NCBI GenBank assembly: GCA_023447635.1
Contig: JAEXNA010000085.1
Span: 200-64,199, forward strand
Direction of reading: 5' to 3'
DNA from: Vulcanimicrobiota bacterium
GTDB lineage: Bacteria; Vulcanimicrobiota; Xenobia; Xenobiales; JADMJV01
DNA length: 64,000 bases
Below the pieces are notes generated by a model, which had not been told where the DNA came from, made no database searches, and was given only the letters and a program-made list of their open reading frames with translations. Of this stretch, positions 1 to 9,200 are shown piece after piece; positions within the stretch are counted from its first letter, which is position 1; every line of letters begins with the position of its first letter. Both the position numbers and the translations under genes were made by a program.

Positions 1-94
1 CGCGCCGGCCGTGGGAAAGGTCGTTTGCTCTCTACTGGAAACCTGAGGAGAGCGCTCAGGGGTAAGACTTCGCCCCGCGAAATCCGACCTCGTT

Positions 95-820
95 TCAGGT
101 TGCCCCGGGCTGCTCGTAGGTTACGCTGTCCAGTCGATTGTAGTGGTTGGGGTAGCCAAACGCGCCGCCACGAATCATGTGGTAGGGTCGCTGCGCGGTG
201 GGCTCGTCGCCGACCCACTCGAACGCGTTTCCGACCGTGTTGAGAAGGCCATAGGGCGAGGCGCCGGCCGGGTTCGAAGCGACCGCAACCAGGTCGCCCC
301 ACGAGCAAGAAGTATGCCCTTTCTCGCCGTGACCGGGATGCGCCCCCGGCTTCCCCACGTGAGCCCGTCCGGTAAAGCTGGCCTCGTTGCCCCAGGGGTA
401 GATCCGGGCATCCTCGCCCCGCGCGGCTTTTTCCCACTCTAACGAGGACGGAAGCCGTTTCCCCATGCGCGACAACACGTCGACCGTCTGGTTGAAAGAG
501 AGTGCCGTAGCCGGCTTGTCGCCCTGCCCCGGCATCACCACGTGCTCGGGCCAGACCTTTTTGACTTCAGCGTTGCTCACTTCGGTCTTGTCGATGAAGA
601 AGGGCCCGACGTAGACCTTACGGAGCGGGCCGATGTCAGGCTCGAAGGAGTTCTTCTCGGAGCCGGTGGTGAAGTCTCCACCCGGGACATAAGCCATGCC
701 TGGGGGAGGTTTCACCTGGGAGGCTGGGGGAGAAGGGGGATGGGACTCGCAGCCTGCGAGCAGCGGAGACAGCAGTGCGGTCAGCAGCACGCCTCCGGCG
801 TATCTTTGTAGTGAGGTCAC
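95..820 (-). CDS. FGE-sulfatase (SUMF1 / formylglycine-generating-enzyme-like) domain lipoprotein
   Basis: 241-aa ORF. N-terminal signal peptide with lipobox LLAGC. Family motifs YPWGNE, GNAFEWV and RGGAF are present. The GTG start at 820 lies only 5 nt from the divergent hemW ATG, so the exact start is uncertain. Confidence 0.7.
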   Translation of the reverse strand: MTSLQRYAGGVLLTALLSPLLAGCESHPPSPPASQVKPPPGMAYVPGGDFTTGSEKNSFEPDIGPLRKVYVGPFFIDKTEVSNAEVKKVWPEHVVMPGQGDKPATALSFNQTVDVLSRMGKRLPSSLEWEKAARGEDARIYPWGNEASFTGRAHVGKPGAHPGHGEKGHTSCSWGDLVAVASNPAGASPYGLLNTVGNAFEWVGDEPTAQRPYHMIRGGAFGYPNHYNRLDSVTYEQPGAT

Positions 821-825
821 AACCT

Positions 826-2010
826 ATGTCGTTCGACGACTGTGCCAGGAGTCTTGCCGGAGGCCCCCCCCTGGGCCTTTATGTCCACTTTCCCTATTGT
901 CGTCAACGCTGCACTTACTGCGATTTCAACGCCCACCTGGTGCCGGCGTCAGCCGACCAGGCTTACCAGGACTATCACCGCGCCCTGATGGCGGACGTAG
1001 CGTCCTTGCCGGCGGCCAGGATCCGGACCGTGTTCTGGGGCGGAGGAACCCCCTCGATGATGCCGCTGCCCTTTCTGGTCGAGGTCCAGAAGGCGCTTGA
1101 CGACCGTTTCACGTGGACGGACGACCTGGAGAACACCCTGGAGGTGAACCCCGGAACCATGGACGAGCGGGGCTTCGAAACCCTGCTGGCCAACGGCTGG
1201 AATCGACTCTCGCTGGGGGCTCAGGCGTTCCAGCCCGAACTGCTCGAACTGGTCGGGCGAGTGCACAGCGCCGAAGATATCGAGACCACCTTCCGGGCCG
1301 CCCGCCGGGCCGGCTTTGGCAACCTCTCCCTGGACTTGATCTACGGCTTCCCTCAGCAGACGATGGAACAGTGGAGGGAGAGCCTGCATCGCGCTCTGGC
1401 TTTAGAGCCGGAGCACCTTTCCATCTACAGTCTGACCATCGAGCCTTCGACCAGGCTCGAACGGCAGTTGGCCCAGGGGCTTCTGGAGCTGCCCGAAGAC
1501 GAGATTCGGGAAGAGATGGACGACGAGATGATCGCCATTCTCACGGCGGCCGGCTTTCGCCGCTACGAAGTGAGCAACTGGGCTCTTCCTGGGCGGGAGA
1601 GTCAGCACAATCTTCTCTACTGGACGGATGCCTCGTATCTGGGCGTGGGTTGCGGCGCTGTCTCGTACCACGACGGTTGGAGGCGAGAGCGGATCAAGCC
1701 GCCTCTCTACTATCAGAAGGCTTTGGCGGAAGGTCGTACTCCGATCAGCTTCGCCGAGCGGCGCAGCAACGACGGCGCCCTCAAGGATGCGCTGATGATG
1801 GGGCTCAGGGTGGCCGAAGGGGTCTCCTTGAAGGAATTGCACGCTCGGTTCCCAGGGTTCTCCGAAGCGCAGCTCGAAGAGTTCTTTTGCAGGCTTCCGA
1901 AGCATTGGTGGGAGTGCGACGGAGAGCGCTATCGGTTGACGCGAGCGGGTTGGGACTTCCATTCCGACGTCACGATGGAGCTACTGGGTGTCCTGTTTTC
2001 ATTTTCGTAA
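826..2010 (+). CDS. hemW: Radical SAM haem chaperone HemW (oxygen-independent coproporphyrinogen-III oxidase-like)
   Basis: CxxxCxxC radical SAM motif in YVHFPYCRQRCTYCDFN, with HemN/HemW-like length and C-terminal domain. I chose the ATG at 826 (GAGG 9 nt upstream) over the GTG at 775. Confidence 0.85.
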   Translation: MSFDDCARSLAGGPPLGLYVHFPYCRQRCTYCDFNAHLVPASADQAYQDYHRALMADVASLPAARIRTVFWGGGTPSMMPLPFLVEVQKALDDRFTWTDDLENTLEVNPGTMDERGFETLLANGWNRLSLGAQAFQPELLELVGRVHSAEDIETTFRAARRAGFGNLSLDLIYGFPQQTMEQWRESLHRALALEPEHLSIYSLTIEPSTRLERQLAQGLLELPEDEIREEMDDEMIAILTAAGFRRYEVSNWALPGRESQHNLLYWTDASYLGVGCGAVSYHDGWRRERIKPPLYYQKALAEGRTPISFAERRSNDGALKDALMMGLRVAEGVSLKELHARFPGFSEAQLEEFFCRLPKHWWECDGERYRLTRAGWDFHSDVTMELLGVLFSFS

Positions 2011-2112
2011 TCTTTCCTATTTGGGGATCGGGTAGACTCGAAACGTGGTAGTTTGTGGGAACATCGGTTGGCTAGCGGGACACCGCCAGGTGGGCTTGGC
2101 GGGAGGGCGCTC

Positions 2113-5100
2113 ATGACCGTGATCTCTGGAGGGGGGCTTCCTCTTACTCCACCTCCCTCGCCCATGGCTCCGGCGACGGTCTCGCCCCGAGTAGAGTATG
2201 TCGCTCCCAGCGAGCCTGTCGACGGCCTGCAGATCGCGGACCCCCTGGGCAAGCTTTCGGCTCATCAACTCGAGGGGCAGAGCCTTCAGGACCTGCGCCA
2301 GATGGCCGGGGTCAAGAAAAAAGGCTTCTTCTCCCGCGCAGCCCAGACGGTCAGCAGCTGGATCACTGGCGTCCAATTGGCGCTCGCGGTAGGTCCCACC
2401 CTGGGCCACACCATCATCGCTAAGCATCTCGCGGATTTCGAGTCGGTCATGACCGGAAAGTCCGCGCTGGCGCCGCTAGATTACCTGAGGGAGCGTCGTC
2501 CGGAAGCCTATGTCAAGAGTCTGGGAACCCTGCTAGAGGCCGCCTCGGGTCCCGCCGAGGCCTCCCAGGGTCTTTCTCCCACCGACCTCCTGTCGGTAGA
2601 GCAGCATTTCTATCAGGCGATGGAGCCGGTTGCGCATCCCGACGGTGGCAAGACGATCGCTCCTTATCTGGCCGAACTGGCCAAGGAGCCTTTCCGTAAC
2701 GGTGGGGAACAGCGCGCAGCCTTCGTCTTCCTGGGCGAGAAGTTTCAGGCCGACGCCGACTCCGTCACCGGGCTGTGGAACTCTCCCGACCGTCCGGCGG
2801 TCAATCCGTTTCCTAAAGAGGACCAGCGCAGCCTGATCTGGGACCGCCTCGAAGTCGAAGCCAAGAAGGGTTTACTGCCCGTCTTTGTCGACGTGGACGG
2901 CGATTACAGCACCTTTACCGGGACCGAGTTTGTGGCCAAGCGCACTCTGGCCTCGCTGGGCGAGCGTAACAACTCGCTGGGAGACGGCTTCACCGAGTCC
3001 GGGATGTACTTCGCCTGGCTAGCCACCCGCCTGGAGTCGACTTCGACCGAATTGGCGCCGTATCTGGCCAAGGGCGACAAGAAGCTGGACAAGCAGCTGA
3101 AGCGATTCAAAGAAGTGCTGACCCCGCCCTGGCTCGACGGCAAGGAAGGTATCGGACCGTGGCCCGCGCTCGAGCGGGTGCGCGAGATTCCGTCCCAGTT
3201 GGCCGACATTCGTCAAAAGAAGGGCGAGGGCGCCTGGATCGACTCGTTGGTGTCGCTGGACCGCGATGTTCTGAGCGGCGTCCAGACGCATTGGATCAAG
3301 CTGCTGCGCGAACTGCCTCGCGGTCATCGCATCGAGATGCTGAAGGACCTGCCGGCCAGCATGTTCGCGCTGAATCTGCGAGAGCCGGGCAGTCCTGGTT
3401 ACGATGCGGTGTCTCCGCCCGATGCTCCGCTGCTGACCGAGATGGGCGGTCGTAACGATTTGCAGATGAGGCATCGTCCCTACGACCGCGCGGTGGCGCT
3501 CAAAGAGGTTCTCGACCACACTTTGGACGGGTTAGGCATCGCCGAGCGTCGAGCCCTGCTCGATGGACTCAACGAGCAGGCACAAAGAGAGCTGCCCCGG
3601 ATGGCGGCTCGAGAAGAGCGGCTGCGCGAGGCGGTCGGCCCGGCTTACGCTGGCCTCGACATCGCCAAAGTCCTCGACGGTAGCGTCTCAAAGGCGGAAC
3701 TGCGCGAAGGTCTCAAAGCTCTGCGCGAGTTCGCCGACGCGAAGCCGCGCGAAGCCAACGCCCAGGAAGCGAGACGGCACGGGCAACTGCTGGCGTTCTT
3801 GTACGACATGGACCATCGCTACGGCGAGGTGGACCAGATCATGACTCGGCTCTCCGGCGACTTCGAGACCCATCCGTTTGCGGTGAGCGAATTCTTTATC
3901 CCTCCGGCCTCCAACAGCGCTATCTCTCCGTTGCGCCAAACTTCGACGACGCCCGTGCGCATGGGCAATCCGGACGACCCGAACCCCTTGAAGGTCAGCC
4001 AGGTGTTCGAGGGCGGCGGTGGGCGTGGGTTTGCCTACGTCGAGTGCCTGAAGCAGTTCGAGAGCGCCTTTGCCAACTCGGCCAACGGCTACGAGATCGA
4101 TGAATTTATCGGCACCTCGGCCGGCTCGCTGATGGCCATTTTGCTGGCCGCCGGCTATGGACCCGAAGAGCTGCGCGGGGTGCTGGAGTCGGTCGACTTT
4201 ACCTCGTTCAACGGCGATGCTGTCTGGATGATGGGCGGGGTCGATCCGAAGGTGCGCGGAGTCGACCGGAACGGGCTGTTCTCGACCCAGAAGATGTACC
4301 AGACCTTCTCCAAGCTGCTCTCGGATAAGCTAGGCATCGAAGGGCGCCCCATCCTGTTCCGCGACCTGCCGCACAATCTGAAAATGATCACGACGCTGGT
4401 CAACAGCGACATGCCTGAGGGGCATCCGCTCCGCGAGCACCTGGATAGCGACGGCCGCATGACCTGGAGCTCCGAAGGGACGCCCAATGTCGACGTCGTC
4501 GGCGTCCTGGTAGCCTCGGCGGCCGTGCCGGGCTTCTTCCAGTCGCCTCAGGTCCTGGCGGCCCAGCCTCAGGAAGACGGCACGGTGTTGCGCTCGCGTC
4601 TGCAGATGCAAGACGGCGGTATCGTCGACAACCTCTCCTTGAGTTCGGCCGACCGGGAAGGCGATCGCACTATGGTCGTGCTGCCTTCGCACACCCGAAC
4701 CCGGGACCCTGAAACGGGGGAATGGGTCGGCCTGGATACCCTGAACTTCGACACCGGGAACCTGGATATGGTCGACGCTCATAACCGGGAGCTGTACGGC
4801 AAATTCATGCCGCAGATGGACAACTATCTGCAGCGCATGAAGGAGCACGGGGTCGGTCGCGCCGTGATCGGATTCAATCTGGTGAACGAGAGCCAACAGT
4901 CGATGCCCGCCATTCAGGGGAGCAGCGAGTCGCTCTCTCTCAAAGGGATCATTCACGCGAAAGAGCTAGGACTGCCGGTGATGTCCAAAGACAAGGGCGA
5001 CGCGCTGATCCGCTTCACCCAGCGTCCTCCTGGCACCCTGACCAACGTGCTAGGCGGATTTTTTGATAAGTATATCGACAACCGTCCCGGCGAAGGTGAC

Positions 5101-5262
5101 GGGCAGGGCAAGCTGTACCGTAACGGAGACGGCTTCCACTTCCGAGTGGGGCAGCACGAAGAGGGCGATCTTTTCGAGTCGGTCCGCTCGACCGGTGCGG
5201 CTGCGCTGTCGGCCAGCCAGAGCGAATACGCCGAGCGTCGCTTCGAGCGCGAAGACGCGTAG
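2113..5262 (+). CDS. Large patatin-like phospholipase (about 640-aa unknown N-terminal region, patatin domain, about 170-aa C-terminal region)
   Basis: Oxyanion-hole motif GGGGRG, nucleophile elbow GTSAG (GxSxG) and catalytic Asp in MQDGGIVDN occur in the expected order and spacing. The ATG at 2113 is preceded by GGGAGGG. No signal peptide is visible. Confidence 0.8.
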   Translation: MTVISGGGLPLTPPPSPMAPATVSPRVEYVAPSEPVDGLQIADPLGKLSAHQLEGQSLQDLRQMAGVKKKGFFSRAAQTVSSWITGVQLALAVGPTLGHTIIAKHLADFESVMTGKSALAPLDYLRERRPEAYVKSLGTLLEAASGPAEASQGLSPTDLLSVEQHFYQAMEPVAHPDGGKTIAPYLAELAKEPFRNGGEQRAAFVFLGEKFQADADSVTGLWNSPDRPAVNPFPKEDQRSLIWDRLEVEAKKGLLPVFVDVDGDYSTFTGTEFVAKRTLASLGERNNSLGDGFTESGMYFAWLATRLESTSTELAPYLAKGDKKLDKQLKRFKEVLTPPWLDGKEGIGPWPALERVREIPSQLADIRQKKGEGAWIDSLVSLDRDVLSGVQTHWIKLLRELPRGHRIEMLKDLPASMFALNLREPGSPGYDAVSPPDAPLLTEMGGRNDLQMRHRPYDRAVALKEVLDHTLDGLGIAERRALLDGLNEQAQRELPRMAAREERLREAVGPAYAGLDIAKVLDGSVSKAELREGLKALREFADAKPREANAQEARRHGQLLAFLYDMDHRYGEVDQIMTRLSGDFETHPFAVSEFFIPPASNSAISPLRQTSTTPVRMGNPDDPNPLKVSQVFEGGGGRGFAYVECLKQFESAFANSANGYEIDEFIGTSAGSLMAILLAAGYGPEELRGVLESVDFTSFNGDAVWMMGGVDPKVRGVDRNGLFSTQKMYQTFSKLLSDKLGIEGRPILFRDLPHNLKMITTLVNSDMPEGHPLREHLDSDGRMTWSSEGTPNVDVVGVLVASAAVPGFFQSPQVLAAQPQEDGTVLRSRLQMQDGGIVDNLSLSSADREGDRTMVVLPSHTRTRDPETGEWVGLDTLNFDTGNLDMVDAHNRELYGKFMPQMDNYLQRMKEHGVGRAVIGFNLVNESQQSMPAIQGSSESLSLKGIIHAKELGLPVMSKDKGDALIRFTQRPPGTLTNVLGGFFDKYIDNRPGEGDGQGKLYRNGDGFHFRVGQHEEGDLFESVRSTGAAALSASQSEYAERRFEREDA

Positions 5263-5402
5263 ACCGATTCCGCGAGCGGGATGCGATCTGCTGAGAGATA
5301 AAATTGATAAATTTTCATTTTTCGGTAGGAGAGGCATGCGCGAAAGGGAACGTCCCCAACGTGCGCTACCGTGCTCCATATCTATCCGCTCTGAATTTCC
5401 TG

Positions 5403-5645
5403 ATGTTCTGCGTTTTTGTGGGCTGCATCTGGGGCTATAACGTCGTCAGCGGACGGGTCGGCGCCAAGTTTGGGCCTACCGAGGTGCAGATGCTGATGTT
5501 GCAGTCGGTCTCCGTCCTTCTGATGATCGGCGCGATGCAGATGTCGCCCAAGAAAGAGCGGGCCTGGAGGGCGATTTTGGTAGGGCTGGCCTTCATCGCG
5601 CTTTCCGAGTCTAGTCTCGTTGCACTGCTTAGCCCGGTAGGATAA
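5403..5645 (+). CDS. Small membrane protein, possible EamA/DMT-like fragment
   Basis: The ORF frame 5304..5645 is hydrophobic with 2-3 predicted TM segments. IWGYNVVSGRVGAKFGPTEVQMLMLQS resembles the start of an EamA domain. The protein is too short for a full transporter, and the start (ATG 5403 versus an upstream alternative start) is unresolved. Confidence 0.3.
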   Translation: MFCVFVGCIWGYNVVSGRVGAKFGPTEVQMLMLQSVSVLLMIGAMQMSPKKERAWRAILVGLAFIALSESSLVALLSPVG

Positions 5646-5695
5646 TCTCTCGTGCTCCGGGAGGATTCGAATGCAGGTCCGCAAATGCGGCGGGC

Positions 5696-6271
5696 ATGCA
5701 CCAGACCGACAACGTTCCTCAAGAGCTTTCGAGCATTCTCCTCGACCAGGAGACCCTTCAGAACCGCATCGCCGAACTAGGCGCCGAGCTGAACCGCGAT
5801 TACGCGGGCGAAGAGCTGGTGATGCTGTGCGTGCTCAAGGGAGCGACCAACTTTCTGACCGACCTTTCCAAGCACCTCAATTTCCGGGTTGCCTGGGACT
5901 TCATCAGCATCTCGTCCTACGGCGAAGCGACCAAGTCCAGCGGCGTGGTCAAGATGGTCAAGGACATGGAAGAGAGCATCCGTGGCCGTCACGTCCTGAT
6001 CGTCGAAGATATCGTGGACACTGGTTTGACCCTGGACTACCTTCGCCGCTCCCTGCTGATGCGCGAGCCCAAGTCACTGAAGATCTGCTCGCTGCTTTCC
6101 AAGGCCGCGCGACGCAAGATCGAGATGCCGATCGACTACGTCGGTTTTGCCATCGAGGACCACTTCGTGGTGGGCTACGGGCTGGACTACCTGTCGTTCT
6201 ATCGTAACCTTCCCTACATCGGTATTCTGGACCCCACCCGTATCGACGAGACGGGTAAAATCAAAGTCTAA
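5696..6271 (+). CDS. hpt: Hypoxanthine-guanine phosphoribosyltransferase
   Basis: PRPP-binding motif LIVEDIVDTGLTL and the VLKGATNFLTDL loop are present. 191 aa, a typical Hpt length. Confidence 0.9.
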   Translation: MHQTDNVPQELSSILLDQETLQNRIAELGAELNRDYAGEELVMLCVLKGATNFLTDLSKHLNFRVAWDFISISSYGEATKSSGVVKMVKDMEESIRGRHVLIVEDIVDTGLTLDYLRRSLLMREPKSLKICSLLSKAARRKIEMPIDYVGFAIEDHFVVGYGLDYLSFYRNLPYIGILDPTRIDETGKIKV

Positions 6272-6285
6272 TTTTTCCAGCAGAC

Positions 6286-6319
6286 AAAAAAGCCGCCCAG
6301 AGGGCGGCTTTCTTTGTTT
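6286..6319. terminator. Bidirectional rho-independent terminator between hpt (+) and the PP2C gene (-)
   Basis: AAAAA AGCCGCCC aga GGGCGGCT TTCTTTGTTT: a perfect 8-bp GC stem flanked by an A-tract and a T-tract. Confidence 0.75.
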
Positions 6320-6335
6320 CTGGAGGCAGCTCGTC

Positions 6336-7343
6336 TCAGGCCTTTCGAGCGACCACGATGGTGACGTTATCCTTGGCGTCGGTTTCCAGAGTCCGCTTGA
6401 GAAGCGCCTGGGCCGCCTCTTTAGGCGAGGCGCTAGAGGTAAGGGTGGCTTCGATTTCGTCGTTGCTCAGCTCCGAGTTCAGGCCGTCACTGCACAGCAG
6501 AAGCCAGCTTCCCGTACTCCACACCCGGTAAGGCGCTTCGTCTTCGCGCCATTTCGGCTCGACGGTCAGCCGGTTGGCCTCTTTGCCGCCCCCCAGGCTC
6601 GACGTCAGTTGAGAGCGGAAAGGATGATCCTTGACCTCGGCTTCGGAGATGATCCCCTCTTCCAGGAGCAGGCGCACGACCGAATGGTCTCGGGTCATGT
6701 ACGAGATCTCTTTACCGTCGATCTGGTAGAGCCGGGAATCGCCGATGTAGCAATGAACAAAACCGTCTTGATTGACTACGGCGGCAACGGCTGTGGTACC
6801 CATACCGTGTAGCTCCCGCTCCTTGCTGGCGCGCTGCTCGATGGCGGCGTCGGCGCGATGCAGCGCCTCGCTGAGCCCTTCGTAAAGGCTCTTGGGCTGA
6901 TTGCCCTTTTGTTTTCTCACCACCCCGGCTATCAGGCTTGCGGCCAGTTCCGACGCGACTTCGCCGCCGGCGTGTCCACCCATCCCGTCACATACCAGGA
7001 GAAGGGCGTAGTCCGAACCTAGCTCGGGAAGGGGGTAGAGGCGAAAGGTGTCCTGGTTGTTCCTCCGGGTTTTGCCCAGGTGGGTTAGCCCGAACAGTTC
7101 GATTCCGTCGACTTTCAAGGCGACTTCGGAGTTTTTCCAATCCGGTTCACTCACGACGGGCTCCTTTTCGGGGGCGATGGGGGGCGCGGCTTCTTCCTCG
7201 GGCTGCTGGCGGGAAGAGCGGAGCACGGCCAAAGCGACCGCCACGCTGGCGCCACCGAGCAGCAGTCCCGCGAACAGTTTGGCCCAGCGGGGCGCCCCCT
7301 CGTCAGCGGGGAAGTTGGGGTACAGATTCCATAGATCGATCAT
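6336..7343 (-). CDS. Membrane-anchored PP2C-family Ser/Thr protein phosphatase
   Basis: PP2C motifs LLVCDGMGGHAGGEVAS and DNVTIVVA are present. One N-terminal TM helix (LFAGLLLGGASVAVALAVL). The ATG has AGGGAG 7 nt upstream. Confidence 0.85.
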   Translation of the reverse strand: MIDLWNLYPNFPADEGAPRWAKLFAGLLLGGASVAVALAVLRSSRQQPEEEAAPPIAPEKEPVVSEPDWKNSEVALKVDGIELFGLTHLGKTRRNNQDTFRLYPLPELGSDYALLLVCDGMGGHAGGEVASELAASLIAGVVRKQKGNQPKSLYEGLSEALHRADAAIEQRASKERELHGMGTTAVAAVVNQDGFVHCYIGDSRLYQIDGKEISYMTRDHSVVRLLLEEGIISEAEVKDHPFRSQLTSSLGGGKEANRLTVEPKWREDEAPYRVWSTGSWLLLCSDGLNSELSNDEIEATLTSSASPKEAAQALLKRTLETDAKDNVTIVVARKA

Positions 7344-7363
7344 CGATAAGCTCCCTGGTCGTC

Positions 7364-8437
7364 CTAGAGTGAAGGTCCGGGCGCCAGCACCGGCTCGGCG
7401 GGGCCGACCGCCGCTCGCTCGTACCCCTGAGCCCGTTCGGCGGCGCGACCGGGATCGTCGGCCGGAGGGGCGAACTGCAGGACGATGCGTCGTTCTTCTA
7501 CGGCGAAGGTCTCGACCCGTTTTCGCAGGTCGATCGGCACCTTGCCCCAGGGGTTGATTCTCATCGATTCGTTCGACGTCTCAACCAGCCCCTTGAGCTT
7601 CTTTTCGACAAAGGTGCGGAACAGTCCCAGCAGCGCGGTGCGGGTAAAGCCAGGGAGCTTCATGTTGGTTCCCGGCAGGTAGAATCGGTCGAAGTAGATG
7701 CCGAACATATCGTTCTCCGTCTCCAGGCGCAGGTCGACTCGGAAGGAGACGGGGACTTTGACTCGGGCCCGAGCGTCGACCACCATGACGGGACCAGGAA
7801 GTTCGATGTCGAGCTTTTCCACGACCGGGGGGATCTTCTTTCGAACCGCTTGCAAGATCCGTTCGAAGAAACGCTGCTCGACTTCGAGGCGCATCTTTCT
7901 GAGCACCACGATCGCCTCGCGCTGGGCGACAGCGGGCGGCTTTTTGGTGTCCCAGTCCAGAATCGAAAGGGACAGGTCTTTGATCCGGATGAGTTCTTCC
8001 TGATCGTGGTTGAGGGTCAGTTGCTCGAGATCGACATCGACGTGAGCCACTTTGGCGCTGGTCAGCCGGATCTGTTTGCGCACTTCGGACAACTCGACCC
8101 GGTTGATCGCCTGGTGCATTTCGGCAATCACCGGCTCGCCAGCGAATTCCGCCGCGCGGGCAAAGAAGCGATCGTCGAGGTCGACGCGCAAGCGACGGGC
8201 GTACGGATCGACCGAGACCGCCGGGTCCTGTTTGTTGGGTAGGGCCAGGCGGTGGAGTCCGAAACCGGCCAGCGAGATGGTGATACCGGGGTCCGAGCCG
8301 TCGGCTGCGGTCAGCTTGAGGCCGTCGAGACTGGCCTCGAGATTCAGGCGGGCGCCCGAGGTAGGGTTCGCCTGGCCCGAAAGCCCGTCGATACGAAAGC
8401 TGTTGATGACCCCTAGGGCTTTGACGATGTGGTCCAT
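7364..8437 (-). CDS. Hypothetical protein (357 aa), probably co-transcribed with the PP2C phosphatase
   Basis: Long ORF with protein-like composition and an ATG start. Its stop lies 20 nt upstream of the PP2C start on the same strand. I recognised no motif. Confidence 0.5.
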   Translation of the reverse strand: MDHIVKALGVINSFRIDGLSGQANPTSGARLNLEASLDGLKLTAADGSDPGITISLAGFGLHRLALPNKQDPAVSVDPYARRLRVDLDDRFFARAAEFAGEPVIAEMHQAINRVELSEVRKQIRLTSAKVAHVDVDLEQLTLNHDQEELIRIKDLSLSILDWDTKKPPAVAQREAIVVLRKMRLEVEQRFFERILQAVRKKIPPVVEKLDIELPGPVMVVDARARVKVPVSFRVDLRLETENDMFGIYFDRFYLPGTNMKLPGFTRTALLGLFRTFVEKKLKGLVETSNESMRINPWGKVPIDLRKRVETFAVEERRIVLQFAPPADDPGRAAERAQGYERAAVGPAEPVLAPGPSL

Positions 8438-8625
8438 CCTGGGAAGCTGACCTTTCTGCGGCGGAAACTGTCCCGGCCGCCCTTGAAGTGGGCTTCTCCG
8501 AGAGGGGCCGCTTCACCACCGAGAAGGGGGTTCCTGGTGGTTGGAATATGCCCTAATGGGGTAAGAGAAGGGTGCCGGCCCCTTGCCGACCAGGCGAAGG
8601 GGGGCAATTCCGGGGTCGGCGGAAT

Positions 8626-9048
8626 GTGAGTGACGTGTCCGAAACCGAAATCGTGATTCCGCAAAAACCCAACGGAGCCGGGGGCATCTTCTTCTGGTGG
8701 CTCAAGAAGCTGTTCTGGGTAGGCGCTAGAACTTACTGCCCTCGCTGTGAGCAAGGTCTGATGTTCGAGAGCTTCTTCGGAATCCGCAAACGCTGCCCCG
8801 TCTGTAACGTCAAGCTGCAGCCCCACGCGGGCGATGATCTTGGCGTGATCGCGGTAGGCTATTTCCTGACCACCATCCCGGCCCTGATAGGTTTGCTTCT
8901 GGCGTATAAGTACACCGACTGGACTCCCTATCAGTTGCTCTTCTTTTTCTTCTTCCTAACGACAGTGATTCTGGTGGGCGGCTATCGAAATATGAAGGGG
9001 ATTTGGGTCGCCTTCAATTTTCTCCTGACCGGACTCAAGAGGCTATAA
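8626..9048 (+). CDS. DUF983-like zinc-ribbon membrane protein
   Basis: CPRC..x..CPVC zinc ribbon followed by two hydrophobic helices ([20 protein letters not shown] and [16 protein letters not shown]), the architecture of DUF983. The start is ambiguous (GTG 8626 or 8635, ORF opens at 8572). Confidence 0.5.
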   Translation: MSDVSETEIVIPQKPNGAGGIFFWWLKKLFWVGARTYCPRCEQGLMFESFFGIRKRCPVCNVKLQPHAGDDLGVIAVGYFLTTIPALIGLLLAYKYTDWTPYQLLFFFFFLTTVILVGGYRNMKGIWVAFNFLLTGLKRL

Positions 9049-9102
9049 CGGGCTTCCCACAGGGCAGGGATCAGTATTTGGAGCCGGTCCCGGCCATGGG
9101 GG

Positions 9103-9130
9103 TTGCATTCCGAAGGCAGATAGCTATAAT
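9103..9130 (+). promoter_or_regulatory. Putative sigma70-type promoter of rpmA
   Basis: TTGCAT (9103-9108), a 16-nt spacer, then TATAAT (9125-9130), about 70 nt upstream of the rpmA ATG. Confidence 0.45.
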
Positions 9131-9200
9131 ATGGCACCTACGTCAAAACCGTGGCCGCGCCGTGTCTAAGGCAACAGCGCCCACTAATGGAGTTTCAACG

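Noticed and set aside
820-826. Divergent FGE-lipoprotein and hemW start codons only 5 nt apart, with no intergenic promoter space.
   Set aside because: This is probably a start-codon assignment problem: a GTG start for the lipoprotein, and several alternative starts for hemW. It cannot be resolved from sequence alone.
2113-5262. The patatin protein as a CBASS CapV-type effector or other defence-system phospholipase.
   Set aside because: No cyclic-oligonucleotide synthase, SAVED/CARF, E1/E2 or other defence partner is adjacent. The protein is three times the CapV size, and its neighbours are hemW and hpt.
5336-5440. A 34-codon ORF (MRERERPQRALPCSISIRSEFPDVLRFCGLHLGL) right behind a strong AGGAGAGG in an AT-rich patch. 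It could be a leader peptide for the small membrane protein.
   Set aside because: The SD-to-ATG spacing is very short, the peptide has no recognisable regulatory features, and it may simply be the tail of GC-bias ORF 5063..5440.
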